Source: an uncultured Gemmatimonadales bacterium
GTDB taxonomy: Bacteria; Gemmatimonadota; Gemmatimonadetes; Gemmatimonadales; GWC2-71-9
Length of the DNA stretch: 64,000 bases
Reading direction: 5' to 3'
Assembly (NCBI GenBank): GCA_963757525.1
Contig: CAVWRM010000001.1
Coordinates: 2,823,685-2,887,684 of the forward strand
The notes beneath the pieces are model-generated. The model ran no database searches. It saw only the letters and a list, made by a program, of their open reading frames with translations, and was not told the DNA's origin. The stretch's first letter is position 1. Each line of letters opens with the position of its first letter. Both the position numbers and the translations under genes were made by a program. Positions 58,349-64,000 of the stretch are shown here, one piece after another.

Positions 58349-59926
58349 ATGGCCAGACGCTGGACGATCATCGCCGTCCTCGCCCTCGTCGTGTGTTTCA
58401 GCGCCGGATGGTTTCTCCAACGCGGGCTGGCCGTCGGGCCCGACGTGTACCAGCAGGCACGGCTCTTCGAGAACGTGCTCGCGCTGGTGCGCGATTTTCA
58501 CGTCGATTCCGTCCCCGAATCCGAGCTGTATCAGCGCGCCACCGATGGCATGCTCAAGGAGATGCACGATCCCTACGCCGCGCTCCTCAGCGGCAAGGAC
58601 TGGGAACGCGCGAACGAGCGGACCACCGGCGACTACGGTGGCGTGGGCCTCCAGATGGACGCGAGGAACGGATGGGTTACCGTGATCACCGCCGTGCAGG
58701 GGGCGCCGGCGGAGCGGGCCGGCATCCGCTCGGGGGATCTGCTCATGGAGGTCGAGGGAGAGTCGGCCGCCGGATGGACGATGGAGCAGGCAGTGCGGGC
58801 GTTGAGGGGTGAGTCGGGCACCGTCGTGAGCCTCAAGGTCCGGCGCGACGGGGCCGACGCCCCGCTTCCATTCCATCTGGTGCGGGAGCGGATCCACCAG
58901 CGCGCCGTGCCGGCGGGCGTGCTGCTCGATGGCGGCGTCGGCTACATCGGGATGACCATGGTGCGCGAGAACAGCGCCGACGAGCTGTCGCAGGAAGTCG
59001 CCCGGATGGTCAAGTCGGGAATGCGGTCGCTGATTCTCGATCTGCGCTCCAATCCCGGCGGCCTGCGCGACGAGGCCGTACGGGCGGCCGACCTCTTTCT
59101 CGACGACGGGCAGGACATCCTGGTGAGCCGCGGCCGTGCCCCGGGGGACAATCGGCGCTGGTCGGACGTCGCGGCGCAGCGGTGGCGCTGGCTGCCGATC
59201 GTGGTGCTGGTGAACGACGGCACGGCGAGCGCGGCGGAGATCATCGCCGGGGCACTGCAGGACCACGACCGCGCCCTGGTCGTCGGCGATACGACCTACG
59301 GCAAGGGCATCGTGCAGACGGTCTTTCCACTCGGCCCCAAGGTGGCGCTCCGGATCACCACCGCGCGCTGGTATACACCCAGCGGCCGCTCGATCCAGGG
59401 GGCCATGCTCGACTCGGTGATGGGCGCGGTGCATCCGGCAGCGGTGGAGGTGAGATACCACTCGGACGCGGGCCGGCTGCTGTACGGCGGAGGCGGCATT
59501 ATTCCCGACATCCTTCTCAGGCCGGATACGTTGAGCGGGGCGGAGCAGCGGTTCGCCCGAGCGCTCCAGGGCCGCGTGCCGGTCTTCCGCGACGTGCTGA
59601 CCGCGTACGCCCTCGAGCTGCGCCGCGCGAACCGGCTGCCCAACCCCGATTTCGTCGTCACCCCCGAGATGCGCGCCGAAGTGCGGCGGCGGCTCGAGGC
59701 CAAGGGCGTCACTGTCGCCGACAGCGCGTTCGATGGCGGCGAGCGGATTCTGGGGGAGCAGCTCGGCTATGAGATAACCCGCTATGGCTTTGGTCCGGAT
59801 GCGGAGCGCCGGCGGCGGGTCAGGGAAGATCTGCAGGTGCGACAGGCGATGGAGCTGTTGCGCTCGGCGCCGACCCCCCAGGCGTTATTGGGAATGGCCG
59901 GCTCGCCGCCGCCGACCGCTCACTGA
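58349..59926 (+). CDS. S41 family C-terminal processing peptidase (paralog 3)
   Basis: 525 aa. Contains VLVNDGTASAAEIIAGALQDHDRALVVGDTTYGKG. Confidence 0.9.
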   Translation: MARRWTIIAVLALVVCFSAGWFLQRGLAVGPDVYQQARLFENVLALVRDFHVDSVPESELYQRATDGMLKEMHDPYAALLSGKDWERANERTTGDYGGVGLQMDARNGWVTVITAVQGAPAERAGIRSGDLLMEVEGESAAGWTMEQAVRALRGESGTVVSLKVRRDGADAPLPFHLVRERIHQRAVPAGVLLDGGVGYIGMTMVRENSADELSQEVARMVKSGMRSLILDLRSNPGGLRDEAVRAADLFLDDGQDILVSRGRAPGDNRRWSDVAAQRWRWLPIVVLVNDGTASAAEIIAGALQDHDRALVVGDTTYGKGIVQTVFPLGPKVALRITTARWYTPSGRSIQGAMLDSVMGAVHPAAVEVRYHSDAGRLLYGGGGIIPDILLRPDTLSGAEQRFARALQGRVPVFRDVLTAYALELRRANRLPNPDFVVTPEMRAEVRRRLEAKGVTVADSAFDGGERILGEQLGYEITRYGFGPDAERRRRVREDLQVRQAMELLRSAPTPQALLGMAGSPPPTAH

Positions 59927-60567
59927 TCCACGACCCGGACGCCCTTGGGCACGTCGAAGGTGAAGGTGCCCGCGGGCGCCGGCCGGTTCACCTGGACCTT
60001 CGACAGCATCAGCGTCCGCTTCGACCCGGTCTTCTCGGTGATGTCCAGCTTTCGGGGTAGGCCATCCTGCCGGTCCAGCCAGAGCACGGCCCGATCGAAG
60101 GGCAGATCGGGCACCGCGGGCTCCAGCTCCACGACATCCATGCTCCGCCCGTTGAGCACCTCGGTCTTGAGGAGCGTCGCCTTGTAGCGCTCCGCGGGTC
60201 GGTCGAGCAGCCACGCCAGCAGATTGTACCCGTACACCGGGCCTCCGCTCGGCACCGCGAGGCGGATGACCTGACCCGGTACCGTGCTCGGCGTATAGAC
60301 CCAGACGTGCTCGCCGTCGATCACGATCGCCTCGCCGCGCGGGTCGCTGAAGCGCATGGAGAACTTGGCCTCGCCCGCCTGCATGAGCGTGCCCCGGCTT
60401 TCCGTGCTGTCGATCATCGGATTCTGGATGACCTGGGTGAAGTCGGCGCGGAGGCTGCTCAGCGAGCGGTACACCCGGGAAGACCGCCCGATGATGGCTG
60501 ACGCATCCTGCGCCTGGGCGGTGCCGGCGGCCGCGAGCGCCAGCAGCAGGACGATGCGGGCCGTCAT
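59920..60567 (-). CDS. LolA-like outer-membrane lipoprotein carrier family protein
   Basis: 215 aa from ATG 60567 (ATGA overlap). Signal peptide [19 protein letters not shown]. LolA-like sequence LRADFTQV...G.L. Confidence 0.6.
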   Translation of the reverse strand: MTARIVLLLALAAAGTAQAQDASAIIGRSSRVYRSLSSLRADFTQVIQNPMIDSTESRGTLMQAGEAKFSMRFSDPRGEAIVIDGEHVWVYTPSTVPGQVIRLAVPSGGPVYGYNLLAWLLDRPAERYKATLLKTEVLNGRSMDVVELEPAVPDLPFDRAVLWLDRQDGLPRKLDITEKTGSKRTLMLSKVQVNRPAPAGTFTFDVPKGVRVVDQ

Positions 60568-61604
60568 GTCCGGAGCGCCACCGGCTCGGCCACCCGCCGC
60601 CCGATCGCCTCGGCGATGAGGCGGACCTCCTTCATCATGCGCTCGAATTGCTCGGGGTAGAGGCTCTGGGCGCCATCGGAGAGCGCCCGGTCGGGCGCGG
60701 GGTGCACCTCGACCAGCAGCCCGTCGGCGCCCGCGGCGACGGCGGCGCGCGCCATCGGGATCACCATGTCGCGGTGTCCCGTGCCATGGCTCGGATCCGC
60801 GATGATGGGCAAGTGCGAGAGCGCCCGCACGACGGGAATGGCGCTCAGGTCGAACACGTTCCGCGTGGCGGGATCGAAGCCGCGGATGCCGCGCTCGCAC
60901 AGGATCACCTGGGCATTGCCCTCGGCAAGCAGGTACTCGGCCGACAGCAGCAGCTCCTGGATGGTGGCGGCCATGCCGCGCTTGAGGAGCACGGGCTTGC
61001 CGCAGCGGCCGGCTCGCTTGAGCAGCGAGTAGTTCTGCATGTTGCGCGCGCCGAGCTGGACGATGTCGGCCACCTCGATGACCTGATCGAGACCTTCGGC
61101 GTCCATCGCCTCCGTCACGATGAGCAGTCCGGTCTCCTCGCGGGCGCGGGCGAGCAGCCGCAGGCCCGCGGCGCCCAGGCCCTGAAACGAATACGGTGAT
61201 GACCGCGGCTTGAAGGCGCCGGCCCGGAGCACCGTGGCGCCCGCCTCCCGGACCCCTCGCGCGGCGTCGAGGATCTGCCGCTCGTTCTCGACGGAGCAGG
61301 GCCCCGCCATGACCACGACGTCATCCCCGCCGATCGAGAGCCCGCCGGCCAGCCGCACGACGGTCGACTCCGGCTTCCACTCGCGCGATACCTGCTTGTA
61401 GGGCTTCGTGACGTGGATGATCTCGGCCACGCCCGGCAAGGCCGCGATGCGCGAGCCATCCACCCGGCCGTCGTTGCCGACGAGGCCGATCGAAACGCGC
61501 TGCCGGCCGGGCATGGGACGCGCCTGGTACCCCATCTCCTCGATGGTCGTGACCACCTGGCGGATCTCGTTCTCGTCCGCCCCGTGACGCATCACGATCA
61601 GCAT
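60564..61604 (-). CDS. 3-deoxy-7-phosphoheptulonate (DAHP) synthase, type I-beta with N-terminal ferredoxin-like regulatory domain
   Basis: 346 aa. Contains [31 protein letters not shown] and DPSHG. Confidence 0.9.
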   Translation of the reverse strand: MLIVMRHGADENEIRQVVTTIEEMGYQARPMPGRQRVSIGLVGNDGRVDGSRIAALPGVAEIIHVTKPYKQVSREWKPESTVVRLAGGLSIGGDDVVVMAGPCSVENERQILDAARGVREAGATVLRAGAFKPRSSPYSFQGLGAAGLRLLARAREETGLLIVTEAMDAEGLDQVIEVADIVQLGARNMQNYSLLKRAGRCGKPVLLKRGMAATIQELLLSAEYLLAEGNAQVILCERGIRGFDPATRNVFDLSAIPVVRALSHLPIIADPSHGTGHRDMVIPMARAAVAAGADGLLVEVHPAPDRALSDGAQSLYPEQFERMMKEVRLIAEAIGRRVAEPVALRT

Positions 61605-61614
61605 CGAACAGTTC

Positions 61615-64000
61615 TCACACCGTCTCCCGCTCGCCGAGGCGGACGCCCACGATGGTGGAGACCCCCGGCTCCTGCATGGTCACGCCATACACCGCATCCG
61701 CCGCCTGCATGGTGCGCGGATTGTGCGTGATGACCAGGAACTGGGTGCCCGTCTTGAACTCGTCGAGGAGTCGGGTGAACCGGCCGACGTTGGCGTCGTC
61801 GAGCGGCGCGTCGACCTCGTCCATCAGGCAGAACGGGCTCGGCTTGGTGAGGTAGATGCTGAACAGCAGGGATACCGCCACGAGGGTCCGCTCGCCCGAA
61901 GAGAGGAGGTGGATTCGCTGAGTGCGCTTGCCGCGAGGCGCGGCGTGGATGTCGATCTCGCTGTCCAGCGGATCCTCGGGATTGGCCAGCCGCAGATCGC
62001 ATTCGCCGCCGCCGAACAGCGTCTGGAAGACCGTGGCGAAGTTGGCCTGCACCGCGGTGAAGGTCTCGAGAAACATCGTGCGCGCCGTGCCGTCGATCTC
62101 GCGGATGGCCTGGATAAGGGATTGACGTGCGCCGACCAGATCGTCGCGCTGGGTGCTCAAGAACTCGAGCCGTTTCACCTCTTCGGCATGCTCCTCGACG
62201 GCGAGCGCGTTGACCGGTCCGATGGTCTTGAGCGCCGCCACGATCCGGGCCGACTCGGCCTCCAGCGTCTCGACGTCGAGGTCGAGAAACGGGGCCGTCT
62301 CCACCAGCTGGTTGAAGGGCCGGCGCCACTCGGCCTCGATCCGCTCGACGATGCTGCGCCGGGCACCCGATGCTTCGGTCAGGCGCACCTGGAGCGTGTG
62401 ACTCTCTTCGTTCGCGTGCTCCAGGGCGGCGCGGGCATCGGTCACCTCGCGCTCGGCGTCGGCCAGGGCCGCTTCGGCCAGCGCCAGCTCGGTTTCGGCA
62501 TCCGCGCTGGCAGCCTCGAGCTCGTGGCGGGCCGCCTCGCGCTCGGCGTGTTGGTCCCGCCATTCGCTCTGCTGCGCCATCACCGCGGCGGTATCGGCGT
62601 CGAGCTGGGCCATCTCGCCGGTCAGCGAGGCCATGGCGCGCTCGGCCTCGTCGCGGATGGTGGACGCCCGACCGAGGCGCTCTTCCGCCGATCGCAGGCC
62701 TCCGGCCACGTGGGCCTCCTGCACCTGCCAGTGGACCCGATGCTCTCGGGCCGCCTCCTGCTCGGTTTCCAGCTCGGTCAGCACGGCGCGGCCGTCACCG
62801 AGCGCGGCATCGATCCGGCCCCGGGAGAGGTCGCCCGACACCAGCTCGGCATCGATCTCGCCCATGCGCTGCTCCGAGCGGGTGAGCCGCTCCATGACAC
62901 GCCGGAGCTCGGCCTCGGATTCGGCGGCCTCGCGCGCGAGGTTGCCGGCGACCCGAATCGCATCCTCGCGCGCCGCCACCGCCTGGCGCTCCGCCTCGCG
63001 CGCGAGATCCGCGGCGGCCGTCGCGGTGGCCAGGGCCTGCTCGCGCTCGGCCTGCCGCTCGAGGGCCGCCGTCAGGGCGGCGTCGGCGGAGGCGAGCGTC
63101 GCGCCCCCACGCTCTACGTCCTGCACCAGGGCGCTCAGCTCCGCGCGACGGCGCAGCGGGCCCGAGGGCACGCCCGCGCCCGTCAACAGGATCGCCCCGC
63201 TGGCCCGCTTCAGTACTCGTCCGGCATCGTCGAGGACCTCGGAGCCGGCGATGGCCGCTTGCACCCATCCCTCGGCAGGGGCCTGGACCTTCAGACGGCC
63301 ATCGAGCGGGAGGGCGCCGGCCGGCACGGTCGGCCCGGGGTCGAGCGGCAGCAGGACCAGGGCTCCCGGCTGCTGCTCCGCGTGCCACCGCCGAATCGAC
63401 TCGACCGACGCGGCATCGCGCACCAGCACCGCGTGCATCCAGTCGCCCAGCAGTCGCTCGGCCAGCTCGGCATTGTCGCGTCCCGTGATCACGAAGTCGC
63501 TGAGTGGGCCGAGCACCGCATCCCCGAAGCGCTCGCGCGCGGCGAGGAGCGCGGCGGCAGCCGGGGCGAGACCGACGCGATCGCGCTCCAGCTCCTCCAG
63601 CGCGTGGCGGCGCGCCGTCATCTGCGCCAGGGATTCCTCGGCGTGGCGGCGTTCGGCTCGGTGCAGGGCCTCCTGCTCCCGGGCCTCACCGAGGCGATGC
63701 CGGGCCCGTTCCGCTTCGGTCGCGGCTCGCTTGCTGTCCTGCACGAGCATGGCGGCGCGCTCGGCGGCTTGTCCGCGGCGCTGCTCCGCGCCCGCCAGCT
63801 CGCGCTGCAATCCCTCCCGGTGCGCGCCTGCCTGGGCGGCGCGGTCGCGCAGGCCGACGAGCTCGCCCTCGAGCGCCGTCCGCTCACCCTCGAGCGAGCG
63901 CAGCGTTTGCGCCAGCGCCTGGAGCTCCTGCTCCCACTGGCGCACCAGTTGACGCTGCTCCCCCAGACGGCGGCGCACGTCCTCCTCCGCCTCGGCCCGC
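61615..64000 (-). CDS. smc: chromosome segregation protein SMC, C-terminal ~790 aa (5' end outside window)
   Basis: Long coiled coil. Signature [17 protein letters not shown] and Walker [13 protein letters not shown]. The ORF is open to the window end. Confidence 0.9.
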   Translation of the reverse strand, partial: RAEAEEDVRRRLGEQRQLVRQWEQELQALAQTLRSLEGERTALEGELVGLRDRAAQAGAHREGLQRELAGAEQRRGQAAERAAMLVQDSKRAATEAERARHRLGEAREQEALHRAERRHAEESLAQMTARRHALEELERDRVGLAPAAAALLAARERFGDAVLGPLSDFVITGRDNAELAERLLGDWMHAVLVRDAASVESIRRWHAEQQPGALVLLPLDPGPTVPAGALPLDGRLKVQAPAEGWVQAAIAGSEVLDDAGRVLKRASGAILLTGAGVPSGPLRRRAELSALVQDVERGGATLASADAALTAALERQAEREQALATATAAADLAREAERQAVAAREDAIRVAGNLAREAAESEAELRRVMERLTRSEQRMGEIDAELVSGDLSRGRIDAALGDGRAVLTELETEQEAAREHRVHWQVQEAHVAGGLRSAEERLGRASTIRDEAERAMASLTGEMAQLDADTAAVMAQQSEWRDQHAEREAARHELEAASADAETELALAEAALADAEREVTDARAALEHANEESHTLQVRLTEASGARRSIVERIEAEWRRPFNQLVETAPFLDLDVETLEAESARIVAALKTIGPVNALAVEEHAEEVKRLEFLSTQRDDLVGARQSLIQAIREIDGTARTMFLETFTAVQANFATVFQTLFGGGECDLRLANPEDPLDSEIDIHAAPRGKRTQRIHLLSSGERTLVAVSLLFSIYLTKPSPFCLMDEVDAPLDDANVGRFTRLLDEFKTGTQFLVITHNPRTMQAADAVYGVTMQEPGVSTIVGVRLGERETV

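Overview
GC-rich (about two-thirds G+C by eye), densely coding bacterial chromosomal segment. Many genes are joined by 1-8 nt start/stop overlaps. The gene content (mglBA, a short ~296 aa RpoD-like sigma factor, a BshB-like deacetylase, many FtsX/MacB permeases, several S41 proteases) suggests an FCB-group or Gemmatimonadota-like organism; this is inference only. Most of the window is housekeeping: dnaX(3' part)-ybaB-recR, mglB-mglA, pgsA, cinA, grpE-dnaJ, ppk1, iscS-mnmA, and a 7-gene TolC/MacA/MacB-type efflux operon with four permeases. It continues with a 1327 aa NtrY-like kinase, an HDOD/hybrid-kinase operon, comM, arfB, larE-thpR-sigma54 activator, an aldehyde dehydrogenase, a sigma factor, yajQ, spoIID, rpmE-prfA-prmC-tmk, three S41 peptidases, DAHP synthase and smc (3' part). 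The only clearly accessory stretch is about 34.3-38.9 kb. There the last ~490 nt of comM occur twice at roughly 90% identity, bracketing a 3.56 kb AT-richer insert. The insert holds two degraded IS3-family copies, a small putative secreted protein and an XRE regulator. I read this as the remnant of a comM-3'-end-targeting integrative element with no recombinase left. The second recurring signal is a set of four period-7 (heptamer) tandem-repeat, dyad-like elements, each starting 0-3 nt after a stop codon. Other points: two probable frameshifts (comM 3' end; a DUF2911 gene at a G5 run), a ~30 aa insertion in MglA, an A-B-A-B permease duplication, and a Rossmann gene with no canonical start codon. 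I saw no rRNA, tRNA or CRISPR array. All calls come from reading the sequence and the ORF translations; no database search was run.
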